IMG/VR virus record: IMGVR_UViG_3300034072_000758
Span: 1-64,000 of that record
Length of the DNA stretch: 64,000 nt
Direction: 5' to 3' (one strand)
The position numbers and the translations under genes were made by a program. Numbering within the stretch: the first letter of the stretch is position 1; every line of letters starts with the position of its first letter. Below, piece after piece: positions 19,268 to 28,920 of this stretch. The notes under the pieces are model-generated. The model was not told the origin of the DNA and did not search any database. It worked only from the letters and a program-made list of their open reading frames with translations.

Positions 19268-19624
19268 TTACGCCACCGCTTTCAGGTAGCCGAAACGAGT
19301 GCCATATTCGTATTCGAGGCATTCTTCATCCTGCCCGCCGATAGACTGGATCAGAAGACGGATGGCGTCGTCCCGCGAAGCCTTTGGCATGGTTGCCAGA
19401 AGATTGGCGATGTCTGCCTCAAGGCGTTCAGCACCCTTGGCTTCTTCGGCCTTTTCCTGTGCCGACATGGCGGCGAAGTCGGCGTCATAGGTCAGCCAGA
19501 ATTGGATCAGTTCTTCGCGTGACGGCATACCGCGCGGATTGACGTTGTGAAGCGACTTGTAGCATTCGCGGTAGCTGTCAAGAAGAGATTCGGTCGAGCG
19601 AGCTTCGAGTTCGGCGAGGGTCAT
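19268..19624 (-). CDS. Early hypothetical protein
   Basis: GGAG SD and TTGACG promoter upstream; YKSLHNVNPRG motif. Confidence 0.7.
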   Translation of the reverse strand: MTLAELEARSTESLLDSYRECYKSLHNVNPRGMPSREELIQFWLTYDADFAAMSAQEKAEEAKGAERLEADIANLLATMPKASRDDAIRLLIQSIGGQDEECLEYEYGTRFGYLKAVA

Positions 19625-19787
19625 ATTTTGTATCTCCGTAAAATATAATGTGTAGTAGTTGGATTTAATCTATCATAATTTGAGTATTCGTCAACAGATA
19701 ATCCCCAAATAAATTCAAAATAATTGACTTTTTCAGGATAACTAATATAGAATTAACCATAATCACCAATGAATGTTAGTCGAGTAA

Positions 19788-20231
19788 ATGGTACAAATTA
19801 ATGTCGTTCAACTGGAAAAGGCTGCGGGTCTGCCTCTTCCGAAGTATGAAACATCCGGCGCAGCGGGTATGGATTTGGTAGCAGCAGTCGAAGAAACTGT
19901 TGAAATTCAACCAAATGAAGTGAAGTTGATCCCCACCGGTATCAAGGTTCAATTACCAATAGGGTATGAACTTCAAGTGCGGCCAAGATCGGGCTTGGCG
20001 CTCAAACATGGCATTACTTGCCTCAACTCTCCCGGTACAGTCGATAGTGATTATCGCGGTGAAGTCGGCGTTATTCTTATCAATCATTCAACAAAGCCAT
20101 TCGTAATCAATCGCGGTGATCGCGTAGCACAAGCTGTTATTGCGAAATACGAAACGGCTGAATTTATTCCCGTAGAAACTCTGGACGAAACCGACAGAGG
20201 AACGGGTGGATTTGGGTCAACAGGAAAGTAA
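19788..20231 (+). CDS. dut: Trimeric dUTPase
   Basis: [28 protein letters not shown] and [10 protein letters not shown] motifs. Confidence 0.97.
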   Translation: MVQINVVQLEKAAGLPLPKYETSGAAGMDLVAAVEETVEIQPNEVKLIPTGIKVQLPIGYELQVRPRSGLALKHGITCLNSPGTVDSDYRGEVGVILINHSTKPFVINRGDRVAQAVIAKYETAEFIPVETLDETDRGTGGFGSTGK

Positions 20232-20233
20232 AC

Positions 20234-21241
20234 ATGACACAACAACCTCAACAAAAAGCTCCACATATCTGTATCGCTACGCCGTGCTATGGTGGAAAAG
20301 TATTTCAAAACTATTTTCTGTCTATCCTGAACTTGGTCTATGCCACGGTAAGACAGCAAAACATGAATTTATCGTTCATCATCCGTGGTGGTGACAGTTT
20401 GATCACTCGTGCCAGAAACTCTATCGTCGCAGAGTTCTTGTCGAATGATCAATATACTCACCTTCTCTGGATCGACGCTGACATTGGCTTTACGCCAGAA
20501 TCGGTTTTCCGTCTGGTTAGTGCCAATAAAGACATCGCTGCGGGTATTTACCCGTTGAAGGCGTACACCTTCCCCGATGTTCTTCCAGCGGAAATGACCA
20601 AGCAAGAGTTTGCGAACAGATACACCAAGTATCCGTTCAACCCAATCGGCGCTTCGTTCACCGTTGAAAACGGCTTTGCGGAAGTTAAGGACGCCCCAAC
20701 CGGTATGATGCTGATCAAAAGAGAAGTGTTCTACAAGATGATTGAGGCGTATCCAGAACTCAAATATTATCCCGATCACATGGTTGGTCTGGAAGGCATC
20801 GCACAAAAAATCAACGACTATTACTACAACTTCTTCGACACGTTTATCGATGACGAAGGCCGATACCTCTCTGAGGACTATGCGTTCTGTCGTCTGTGGC
20901 AAAAAATGGGTGGTAAGGTTTATGCCGACATCACATCTAAATTGTCGCACAACGGCTCGCATATGTTCCAAGGCGATCTGGCCGCTACGCTCTCTTACAA
21001 CTACAAGACTGAACAAACGCAAAAGCCAGCCGTCACGCCCCAACCGGTAACAGAAGTCGCCCTGTCCACTGATCCAGTATCTATTGATATTTCTGGTCTG
21101 GCGGAATTAGGTATTCAACTGGAACCGCCTACCGAAGATTTGACCGATGCTGGTATCGATCTGGCTCCGACCTCGGAAGTCGCCGAAGTCGCCCTTGAAT
21201 CGGAAACACCAGCCGAACCATTGGATGAAAAGCCAGAATGA
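20234..21241 (+). CDS. GT-A glycosyltransferase-like protein with acidic tail
   Basis: IATPCYGG, SLITRARN, WIDAD and LSEDYAFC motifs. Confidence 0.8.
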   Translation: MTQQPQQKAPHICIATPCYGGKVFQNYFLSILNLVYATVRQQNMNLSFIIRGGDSLITRARNSIVAEFLSNDQYTHLLWIDADIGFTPESVFRLVSANKDIAAGIYPLKAYTFPDVLPAEMTKQEFANRYTKYPFNPIGASFTVENGFAEVKDAPTGMMLIKREVFYKMIEAYPELKYYPDHMVGLEGIAQKINDYYYNFFDTFIDDEGRYLSEDYAFCRLWQKMGGKVYADITSKLSHNGSHMFQGDLAATLSYNYKTEQTQKPAVTPQPVTEVALSTDPVSIDISGLAELGIQLEPPTEDLTDAGIDLAPTSEVAEVALESETPAEPLDEKPE

Positions 21242-22134
21242 CAGTAGAACCAGATGATTACAATGAGGCGGAAATGTTTACCGCTCCACCAAAGCCGAAA
21301 AAGGCCGGACGTGTTAATCCGTTGGATCGTTATAAAGTCGGGGGCGTAGAAGTACGCCTTCCGACTAATGGTCGTTTTTATAAGGATTTTCATCCGAATT
21401 TGGGAGGTAAGATTGATGTCTTACCAATGCGCCCGCACGAACAAATTTTGATGAAGTCCCCGGATCATTTGTACAGCGGTAGTGCGGTCGAAAGTCTGAT
21501 CGCAGCCAGCGTACCGGCGATCACTAATCCGAAAGAAGTTTCCATCCCCGATTTGGATGTTCTGTTCTTGGCAGTTAAACTTGCTGGTGGTGATTCCAAT
21601 CTCGAATTGGAACTTACATGTCCAAATACCCAATGTAATAAGACAGAGAAGCACGTTGTTTCAATTCGTGAAGCTCTGGGTGTAGCTACCAATTGCGACG
21701 AAGACAATAGTGTTCGTTTGACGGATGAACTCGTAGCGTTCGTCCGTCCTCAGAACTTGGCCACGGCAACAAAAGTTTCTATCGCTCAATACGAAGAAGC
21801 CGTTAAATTTGAGGGATTGAACGTAGAGTCTCTTCCGGCAACCGAATTGTCGATCATGAAACAAGAAATGTTTACTCGACTGACCGAAGTAGCCATTGAA
21901 GCTGTGGTTGATTGTGTTCTGTATATTCAAACACCGGATGGTATCGTGGACGATCCTGAGTTCATCGGTGATTTCGTTCGCTCTAATAAAGCTTTCTATG
22001 AAGTATTGGATGAAAAAATTGTCGAGCTTGGTAAGTGCGGCGTCTTCCCAGAAGGCTATCACGCCACTTGTCCACACTGTAAACATGAATGGGATACTGC
22101 GGTAACGATAGACCCTTCAAGTTTTTTCGGATAA
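21238..22134 (+). CDS. Baseplate hub assembly protein (T4 gp26-like)
   Basis: VRLPTNGRFY; DLDVLFLAVK; two Cys pairs (CPNTQC, CPHC); ends DPSSFFG. Confidence 0.7.
   Translation: MTVEPDDYNEAEMFTAPPKPKKAGRVNPLDRYKVGGVEVRLPTNGRFYKDFHPNLGGKIDVLPMRPHEQILMKSPDHLYSGSAVESLIAASVPAITNPKEVSIPDLDVLFLAVKLAGGDSNLELELTCPNTQCNKTEKHVVSIREALGVATNCDEDNSVRLTDELVAFVRPQNLATATKVSIAQYEEAVKFEGLNVESLPATELSIMKQEMFTRLTEVAIEAVVDCVLYIQTPDGIVDDPEFIGDFVRSNKAFYEVLDEKIVELGKCGVFPEGYHATCPHCKHEWDTAVTIDPSSFFG
22122..22128 (+). other. Candidate -1 programmed frameshift slippery site T-TTT-TTC
   Basis: X-XXY-YYZ heptamer one codon before the stop; the -1 frame is open to 22352. Confidence 0.6.
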
Positions 22135-22352
22135 GGCTCTTGTCCCTCTCTCATGAAGAGGTTCAGGAGCTTCTTGCTGAAATGAGGCATGAGCAAAAAG
22201 CTGTTATTGACGAGATTTACATGATCGTTGTCAAATCGGAAGGCTCGTTATCAAGAGACGATGTGATGAACATGTCGCCCCAAGAAATCATGTCAGCTAT
22301 GAAGAACTTCAAACTTCGTGACGAAGCTCGTGCTAAAATGATGGGACAGTAA
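22128..22352 (+). CDS. gp51-like small hub chaperone segment, possibly the frameshift extension
   Basis: GSLSRDDVMNMSPQE resembles the gp51 / tail-chaperone T-domain pattern. Confidence 0.55.
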   Translation, partial: RIRLLSLSHEEVQELLAEMRHEQKAVIDEIYMIVVKSEGSLSRDDVMNMSPQEIMSAMKNFKLRDEARAKMMGQ

Positions 22353-22404
22353 TTGACATATTTTCAGATATGATTTAGAAGAACAATTCAATAAGAGGTT
22401 TGTT

Positions 22405-22851
22405 ATGAAAATCATATCTGAGAATAGAAGGTCGCGTTACGATTACGCCATTGAGAAAAAATATGAAGCTGGTATCATTCTGACTGGCTCTGAGGTCAAA
22501 TCTCTCCGTAACAACGGCGTTCAGGGTTTGGCTGAGTCTTACATATTCTTTGATAACGGCGTTCCGACTATCACGAATATGTCAATCTCTCCTTACAGCC
22601 ATAGCGGCACTCACTTCAATCACGTACCCACCCGCAATCGCGTTTTGCTATTGTCTCGCCGTGAAATCGGTCAACTGACCGCCGCTGTTGCTAAGGACGG
22701 TATGACCATCGTTCCTGTGCGAATGTACTTTGATGACAATCGCCGGGTGAAGATCGAAATTGCTCTGGCAAAGGGTAAGACGAACTACGATAAACGCCAA
22801 GCCACGGCTGAACGCGACTGGCAGCGCCGTAAGCAACGGGGAGAAGATTAA
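22405..22851 (+). CDS. smpB: SsrA-binding protein SmpB
   Basis: ENRRSRYDY, EAGIILTGSEVKSLR and AKGKTNYDKR motifs. Confidence 0.95.
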   Translation: MKIISENRRSRYDYAIEKKYEAGIILTGSEVKSLRNNGVQGLAESYIFFDNGVPTITNMSISPYSHSGTHFNHVPTRNRVLLLSRREIGQLTAAVAKDGMTIVPVRMYFDDNRRVKIEIALAKGKTNYDKRQATAERDWQRRKQRGED

Positions 22852-22922
22852 TTTCGAATTAAATTGACTTATTTTATCACCTTGATTAAATAGGTCATCG
22901 AAATTTTATTTTCTGTGAGCCA

Positions 22923-23225
22923 ATGACCGACACGTCCGTAATAGAAAAAACTGATACCAAAGTGAAAATCACCCGTCCGAAAATGTGGACCGTGGTATTT
23001 CACAATGATGACCATACCCCAATGCAATTTGTGGTACAGGTTCTTACTCAGTTATTCGGACTTAATAATGATGATGCGAATAACATCATGATGAAAATTC
23101 ACAACGAAGGTAAGGCCAACGTTGGGATTTATTCTAAAGATGTAGCGGAAACCAAGTCATTTGAAGTGAATGAAGTCGCCAAGACTTATGGCTTCCCGCT
23201 CAAGACGACTATTGATCAGCTTTGA
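22923..23225 (+). CDS. clpS: Clp protease adaptor ClpS
   Basis: VVFHNDDHTPMQFV, HNEGKA and AETK...FPL motifs. Confidence 0.93.
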   Translation: MTDTSVIEKTDTKVKITRPKMWTVVFHNDDHTPMQFVVQVLTQLFGLNNDDANNIMMKIHNEGKANVGIYSKDVAETKSFEVNEVAKTYGFPLKTTIDQL

Positions 23226-23516
23226 TCATTCTTCTTCGTTTACGACTTCAAAAGCCGTAAATTTCACCACGGTGAATTTATCGGTTTTGAAAATCTTGTT
23301 AAGGCGGTCACGTAGATTAAATGCGTGGCCGCTATTTGCGAAAGAAACCTTCTTATACTTCGGACCCGGATAGTCGTACAAGCTGTGGAGAGTCCTCAAA
23401 TTAATTGGCTTCCCGTCATGGTATACCGCATAAATAGACTCGGCCTTAAGCACTTGCTCAGACTTATACGTCTTTGTGTCTGTAAAGTTTAGGATAATTT
23501 CGGGCTTCGGTCTCAT
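23226..23516 (-). CDS. Late hypothetical protein
   Basis: MRPKP start 5 nt after TAAATA (23527-23522); PGPKYKKVSF motif. Confidence 0.75.
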   Translation of the reverse strand: MRPKPEIILNFTDTKTYKSEQVLKAESIYAVYHDGKPINLRTLHSLYDYPGPKYKKVSFANSGHAFNLRDRLNKIFKTDKFTVVKFTAFEVVNEEE

Positions 23517-23576
23517 ACAAATATTTATCAATTTACTTGACTTTACACCCTAATTAAAGTAGGTGTTTATAAATCT

Positions 23577-24347
23577 ATGTTTAAGGCAAATGTTATGTCC
23601 AGCGAATCCAAAGACAAACTCGGTGACCGAATGAAGGAATATGAGCGTATTGAAACCGCTCGTAAGTTCCACCCTTCTATGCCGATTTATGCTCGGATCG
23701 ATGGAAAGAACTTTTCCAATTTCACACGAGGTCTTAAACGACCCTTCGACATGACCATGACGCGGACCATGATCGAAACTACCAAGTTTCTTGTGGAAGA
23801 AACTCATGCTCTTTGTGGCTATGTCCAGTCCGACGAAATCAGCTTGGCTTGGCGTAAATGCTCAGATGTTTCGAGTTTCCTGTTCGATGGTAAAAGTCAC
23901 AAACTCCATAGCGTTTTGGCGTCGATGGCTGCGGGTAAATTCAACAAGCTTACGAATAGCTGGGCTGCGCCTTGGTGTGATCGCGTAGCTGCGTTCGATG
24001 CCCGTGTATGCCAGATGCCTTTTGACTTCGAGATCACAAACATGTTTCTGTGGCGCGCTCAGGATGCGACCAAAAATGCGGTCAGCATGGCAACCCGCGC
24101 CGAATTTTCAGCCAAGCAAATGCATGGCAAGAACCAGCCTCAAATGATTGAAATGCTGACTAACATGGGTATCGATTTTTACGATCACCCTGCGGAGTTT
24201 AGGAACGGAACATTTATTGTTCGTGAAAAGGTTGAAGTGGGGGACACAACCCGGTCGATCATCAAGGAAGTGCCTTTGGATACCCCATTCTCGGCATTGC
24301 CACATAATGAACGCCATGCGTTCATCTTCGGTTCAGTTTCAACATAA
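23577..24347 (+). CDS. Thg1-like tRNA 3'-5' polymerase / guanylyltransferase
   Basis: RIDGKNFSNFT, YVQSDEIS, FDAR and WRAQD motifs. Confidence 0.92.
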   Translation: MFKANVMSSESKDKLGDRMKEYERIETARKFHPSMPIYARIDGKNFSNFTRGLKRPFDMTMTRTMIETTKFLVEETHALCGYVQSDEISLAWRKCSDVSSFLFDGKSHKLHSVLASMAAGKFNKLTNSWAAPWCDRVAAFDARVCQMPFDFEITNMFLWRAQDATKNAVSMATRAEFSAKQMHGKNQPQMIEMLTNMGIDFYDHPAEFRNGTFIVREKVEVGDTTRSIIKEVPLDTPFSALPHNERHAFIFGSVST

Positions 24348-24418
24348 TAAGGTGCTGAGACTGATCGTCTATAAGAAATATAAAAATATGGTAAACGACC
24401 CGTTGACAATCTAAGTGG

Positions 24419-24805
24419 GTGTGGCACTATGATGCTTATAAAGGGGAGTTGCGAAGCGTGATAACCGAGATAGATGATTATATCCGAAGCGTAGTCAAGG
24501 TTATAGACGCCGTTGATAAAACCCGTCGAGATAGGACCGGTAAACATCGGACTGAGATTGCGGGTATATCTCTGTACACACAAGCAATTGAACAAAAAGA
24601 CAGAACCACGCGCCTATCATTGGGTGGTGACGGCTGGCTATTAATCTTGTCTATCCGCAAGAGACTTCCAAAAAACCCCACAGAAAATCGTGTTCAGCTA
24701 AAACATTCGTTTTTATACAGTGGGGAAATGTGGATAACTAATTATACAATACTATCCCCGGAAAAGTTTGAGGATGATCTTACGATTCTTAAACTTCTAA
24801 CATAA
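24419..24805 (+). CDS. Hypothetical protein (start possibly GTG 24458)
   Basis: TTGACA promoter and GGGGAG SD; coupled to the next gene. Confidence 0.55.
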   Translation: MWHYDAYKGELRSVITEIDDYIRSVVKVIDAVDKTRRDRTGKHRTEIAGISLYTQAIEQKDRTTRLSLGGDGWLLILSIRKRLPKNPTENRVQLKHSFLYSGEMWITNYTILSPEKFEDDLTILKLLT

Positions 24806-25173
24806 TGGAAATTCATAGAAAAATACTTGAGGAAGTTCGAAATCACCCATCCGTCAGTACCGATTTTAAGGCACTGACGGACGAACAGCTTTTGAAATAT
24901 ATCTTCAAAAATTTTCGTGGGAAAGTACCCAATACTAAGGGTCTCCAACTATCCATAGGTGGCTTCGAGTTAATTAAGCCAATTTTCACTTACTACGAGA
25001 TACCGGTCTCAGACGATGTGGATGCTCGTGATCTTATAAAATTTAATCGAAACGTTCGTTTTCCTTTCTTTGTAGATAAGAAAAAATGGCGAGTGTTCGA
25101 TTCCGACTTGGCGACAATGTTAAAAATGGTAGACGGCTCATTAAAAAAAATTGTCGAAATGGAAATTTTTTGA
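24805..25173 (+). CDS. Hypothetical protein
   Basis: 122 aa; GLQLSIGGFELIK motif. Confidence 0.65.
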   Translation: MEIHRKILEEVRNHPSVSTDFKALTDEQLLKYIFKNFRGKVPNTKGLQLSIGGFELIKPIFTYYEIPVSDDVDARDLIKFNRNVRFPFFVDKKKWRVFDSDLATMLKMVDGSLKKIVEMEIF

Positions 25174-25259
25174 TTGATCTTTCTTAGCAGGTCAATTATC
25201 GTCCAAACAAAGATTAACTACCGGTCTTTTGCTTTCATATTTCATTTAGAGGTGTACTC

Positions 25260-26693
25260 GTGGCCCCACGTCAGTCCCAAGGTGCTGTAGAATCCCCATC
25301 CATCGTCACACCGAAGGAGTTGACCAAAATGGTCGAACTCGTCGGTCGCGCCAAGCGCTATCGCGGTCGTTCCCTGTTCATCTGGGGGCCTCCCGGTATC
25401 GGTAAGTCGGCTCTCGTTCAAGCCGCTGCCAAAAAGTCGGGCCGCGCGTTCTTCGATCTCCGTCTTTCACAAATGGCCCCAGAAGACATTCGTGGTGTTC
25501 CGTTCAAGACCAAGATTCACAATCGTGATTTCGTTCTGTATTCGGAACCTTCGGCTCTGCCCCACGACATCGACTACGAAGTCGAAATGGACATCAAAGC
25601 GCGTCAAACGCGCGTGAAGTTCGAAAACCCGCACGGCTTCACCTTCCGCACGGGTCGCCATGAAAGCGGCAAGCCGATCTATTCTGACCTTCCGAAAATC
25701 ACGGTCGAATCGCTGACCGAAGGCGCTACGGCATCGGTCTCCGAAATCACCACCAACAGCTTCGAAGTCGTCCTGATCAACGACACGACCGGTCAACCGA
25801 CTGCCGGTGAAGTTCGCTGGAAGGCCGAAGCTCATGCGTTCGGTATTCTGGCTCTGGAAGAGTTCAACTCGGCGGCTCCCACCGTTCAGACGGCTTCGTA
25901 CCAACTGGTTCTGGACCGCAAGGTTGGTGACTATGTGGTTCCCGAAGACATTCAGATCATCGCTCTGGGTAACCGCGAAACCGACCGTGGCGTGACCTTT
26001 AAGCAACCACTGCCTATCGCCAACCGTTTCATTCACGTTGAATTGACTTCGAACGGTGCTGACCTTTATAAGGATTGGTTCGATTGGGCCATCGAAGAAA
26101 AGGTCCACCCCTATGTCGTCGGCTATCTGGAACACTACAAGGCGTCGATCTTCAAGTTCGATCCGACCACCGCATCGCGCGGCTTCCCGACCCCTCGTTC
26201 GTGGGAAATGGTTTCCGATCTGCTGCTGGCCGCGAATAAGATTTCGGATGCTCGTCCGCTGATCTATGGTTCCATCGGTGACGCGGAAGCTGGTCAATTC
26301 GTTACTTACTGCGACATGGCCGATGTTCTGCCGAAACCAGAAGGCATTCTGAACGGTACGGTCACCGATCTGTCGGCTGATGCCAAGCGTTCGGGTGTGG
26401 CTCTGACCTATTCCGTCGCCGTCTCGTTGTGCTATGAAATGCAAGCTCGTCAGCAAGCGTTCCAGAAGCTTGAAGACAAGACGCAAGCTGAAAAGCTCAA
26501 GAAGGAATGGTTTAAGGAAACCAACAACGCCTTGAAGTTCATGCTCGATAACTTCCAAGAAGAAGTCATCGTCGTGGCCATCAAAATGGCGCTCCAAAAG
26601 TACGATCTCAAGCTGAACGCCAAGGAACAGCCTGTTTTCGCCGACTTCACGAAGCGCTTCAAGCCGTATATTCTCGGCGGATCGCTTTCGTAA
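25260..26693 (+). CDS. MoxR-family AAA+ ATPase with an internal insertion
   Basis: Walker A GPPGIGKS; Walker B ILALEE; ALGNR; ANRF; TPRSWE. Confidence 0.9.
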   Translation: MAPRQSQGAVESPSIVTPKELTKMVELVGRAKRYRGRSLFIWGPPGIGKSALVQAAAKKSGRAFFDLRLSQMAPEDIRGVPFKTKIHNRDFVLYSEPSALPHDIDYEVEMDIKARQTRVKFENPHGFTFRTGRHESGKPIYSDLPKITVESLTEGATASVSEITTNSFEVVLINDTTGQPTAGEVRWKAEAHAFGILALEEFNSAAPTVQTASYQLVLDRKVGDYVVPEDIQIIALGNRETDRGVTFKQPLPIANRFIHVELTSNGADLYKDWFDWAIEEKVHPYVVGYLEHYKASIFKFDPTTASRGFPTPRSWEMVSDLLLAANKISDARPLIYGSIGDAEAGQFVTYCDMADVLPKPEGILNGTVTDLSADAKRSGVALTYSVAVSLCYEMQARQQAFQKLEDKTQAEKLKKEWFKETNNALKFMLDNFQEEVIVVAIKMALQKYDLKLNAKEQPVFADFTKRFKPYILGGSLS

Positions 26694-26761
26694 TAAGGGC
26701 GGGGGTGGTGAAATACCCACCCTCTCTCACAATTCCAGTATTCAGTATTCGGAGATTATAA

Positions 26762-28168
26762 ATGAGTGAGCATGATGATCCAGTAAGACGCGCAATTGTT
26801 GGTGCGAGAATCCAACTGTTGCTCCATAAGCCGTTCTTCGGCCAAATGGCTATGCGTCTCGATCTGGTCGATGCGACAAAGTGGTGTCAGACTGCCGCAA
26901 CCGATGGTCGCCGCCTATACTATAATCGTGAGTTTATCAAGAAGCTCACGCCACCTGAACTGGAATTTCTGGTTTGTCACGAAATTCTTCACTGTATCTA
27001 TATGCACATGACACGGCGTGGGAATCGTGATCCCAAGCTGTATAATATGGCCTGTGACTACATCGTCAACTGGACAATCAAGAACGAAAACATCGGCTCT
27101 ATGCCGAAGGGCGGTCTGTGGAAGTCCGAATACAACGACGATCTAACTTCCGAAGAACTTTACGAAATTCTTCTCAAGAATTGCGTTACCGTCGAAATGA
27201 CGATGGACGAGCACCTTGATTATGCTGGTTCCAACGACGACGATGATGACGAAGACGGCGAGAAGAAGCGCGGTAAAAACGGCAATCAATCCGGCGAAGA
27301 CGGTGATGAAGACGGTGAAGGCGGCGGTTCTGGCGGCGAGGACGGCGAAGAAGATGGCGAAGGCAAGGGTAAGGGCAAGGGCAACGGTAAGTCCAAGGTC
27401 CGAGTCTACGGCGAAGATGGTCCTCCTGAACTGACCAAGGAAGACATCGACAAGATAAAAGACAGCATGATTCAAGCGCTCCAAGAGACCGCTCAGAGCG
27501 TCGGTGCTGGCAATGTTCCGAAGGGCGTTCAACGCCTGATCAACAAGCTCACGGCCCCTAAGATGGACTGGCGGGAGCTTCTGGATGCCTCCATTCGTTC
27601 GCTGATCCGCGATGACTATACTTACGCTCAACCGAACCGTCGCAATTATGCCGGTGGCTTTGACGACATCATTTTCGCTGGTCAAGACTTCCTGAACACG
27701 ATCAAGATTGGTATCGCCATTGATACCTCTGGATCGATGACTGATCAGATGCTCCAAGACTTCTTGTCCGAAGTCAAGGGTATTATGGAAGAGTTCCGGG
27801 ACTTCGAACTTTGGCTGTGGACCTTCGATACACAGTGCTACGGTCTCAAGAAGTTCACGGGTGCCAACCTGAATGACATCTTCGAGTACCAGATGATCGG
27901 TCGAGGCGGCACAATGTTCGAATGTAATTGGGAGTTCATGATGAACCCACCCGAAACAGATGTTGACGGTGAAAGCATCAGTGGACCTATCGATGTCGAA
28001 CGCTTCATCATGTTTACGGACGGTTATCCGTGCGGAACATGGGGCGAAGCCTATGAAAACTTCGTGGATACCTTGTTCGTTATTCACGGCTCTGAAACCA
28101 TCGTTGCTCCGTTCGGTATGACGGCCTACTACGATGATCACCGTCGCAAGGCTCGCAAAGCCGCCTAA
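26762..28168 (+). CDS. Zincin metallopeptidase plus VWA domain protein (DUF2201-like), MoxR partner
   Basis: TAATDG, HEILH, acidic Gly linker, MIDAS DTSGS, GGT, FTDG. Confidence 0.9.
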   Translation: MSEHDDPVRRAIVGARIQLLLHKPFFGQMAMRLDLVDATKWCQTAATDGRRLYYNREFIKKLTPPELEFLVCHEILHCIYMHMTRRGNRDPKLYNMACDYIVNWTIKNENIGSMPKGGLWKSEYNDDLTSEELYEILLKNCVTVEMTMDEHLDYAGSNDDDDDEDGEKKRGKNGNQSGEDGDEDGEGGGSGGEDGEEDGEGKGKGKGNGKSKVRVYGEDGPPELTKEDIDKIKDSMIQALQETAQSVGAGNVPKGVQRLINKLTAPKMDWRELLDASIRSLIRDDYTYAQPNRRNYAGGFDDIIFAGQDFLNTIKIGIAIDTSGSMTDQMLQDFLSEVKGIMEEFRDFELWLWTFDTQCYGLKKFTGANLNDIFEYQMIGRGGTMFECNWEFMMNPPETDVDGESISGPIDVERFIMFTDGYPCGTWGEAYENFVDTLFVIHGSETIVAPFGMTAYYDDHRRKARKAA

Positions 28169-28172
28169 GACG

Positions 28173-28205
28173 AAAGCCCCGGATTTCTCCGGGGCTTTTT
28201 CTTTT
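28173..28205. terminator. Bidirectional terminator
   Basis: aaagccccgga-tttc-tccggggc followed by a T run. Confidence 0.85.
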
Positions 28206-28398
28206 ATAACCCTCTGTGAAGGCGTAGAGCCTCCTTCCAGTCATATGGTTTAGGAACCGGACGTACCGGAACAGGAACCCCGCGCTTGCGAAGCTCAAAC
28301 GCCGCCGCCTCGCTGGACAGCGACTTAGCCATCCAGAAATCGAGAAGTTCTTTTGTAGACTTTGTGGCCATCTTTGTGGCGCGTTTTGAAATAGACAT
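28204..28398 (-). CDS. Small basic protein (64 aa)
   Basis: GGGAG SD then ATG 28398 (MSISKRATK...). Confidence 0.5.
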   Translation of the reverse strand: MSISKRATKMATKSTKELLDFWMAKSLSSEAAAFELRKRGVPVPVRPVPKPYDWKEALRLHRGL

Positions 28399-28511
28399 AA
28401 CTATTCTCCCATGAACGGACAAATTTCCACGGGATTGTGAATTTAAATTCATCCGTCCAAGTTTGACGGAGTTAAGCTGTGTCTGCTGCCTTAGCCATGC
28501 TTTTATTTATA
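28399..28511 (-). promoter_or_regulatory. Late promoter plus structured 5' leader containing an 8-codon uORF
   Basis: TATAAATA at 28511-28504, ATG 28498 (MAKAADTA*), three hairpins, the last covering the SD. Confidence 0.5.
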
Positions 28512-28576
28512 TATCCAAGTCCATTATAACCCGATTTAAATTGATTTTATCACCCATGATTAACTATATTGAATAA

Positions 28577-28915
28577 ATGATACCTAGTAGCGTAACCATT
28601 TCGGGATATGAGGTCAACTACCGTGATGTGGTTGGGAATCTCGTAATTCTTCCCAAGATACCCCGATCTTGGGAAACGGTTGTCGAAGAAACTCAGTATC
28701 AAAACTACACGCTCTCGAAGATGCTTTCAGAGTGGATACAGGCCACGGTTTGCTTAGAGGGCCGCTACTGTATTCACGTCGAAAATATACCCAGAACAAA
28801 CAAAGTCGGCGCTCAACAAGGCTGGCGACAAAGGGTGTACGTCAGCTTCGAGTCGGATAACGACGCCATGTCATTCGTCTTGCTAGATGGCAAGAAATTC
28901 ATTTCGGAGAAATAA
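28577..28915 (+). CDS. Hypothetical protein (FxxxxDAxxFxL family)
   Basis: [14 protein letters not shown]; sigma70-like -10 TATATT 6 nt before the ATG. Confidence 0.65.
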   Translation: MIPSSVTISGYEVNYRDVVGNLVILPKIPRSWETVVEETQYQNYTLSKMLSEWIQATVCLEGRYCIHVENIPRTNKVGAQQGWRQRVYVSFESDNDAMSFVLLDGKKFISEK

Positions 28916-28920
28916 AAAAA

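Noticed and set aside
25569-25835. Intein in the MoxR ATPase
   Set aside because: No N-terminal Cys/Ser splice block, no C-terminal His-Asn, and the insert is too short.
27230-27400. GAAGACGGC-type short repeats; also Gly/Ser repeats at 39190-39770 and 47320-47460
   Set aside because: Explained by low-complexity protein linkers, not DNA-level repeat elements.
25467-28141. Long antisense ORFs (417 aa, 332 aa), and similar ones at 4172-5041, 6516-7220, 20369-21043, 34296-35183, 37353-38090 and 54504-55196
   Set aside because: They are shadows of well-supported genes with biased codon usage; they lack motifs and start signals.
28325-28498. Read-through of the uORF TAA into a longer open frame (LRQTWTDEFKF...)
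   Set aside because: TAA is rarely read through, and the overlapping frame has a proper SD-led start; the open frame is probably chance.
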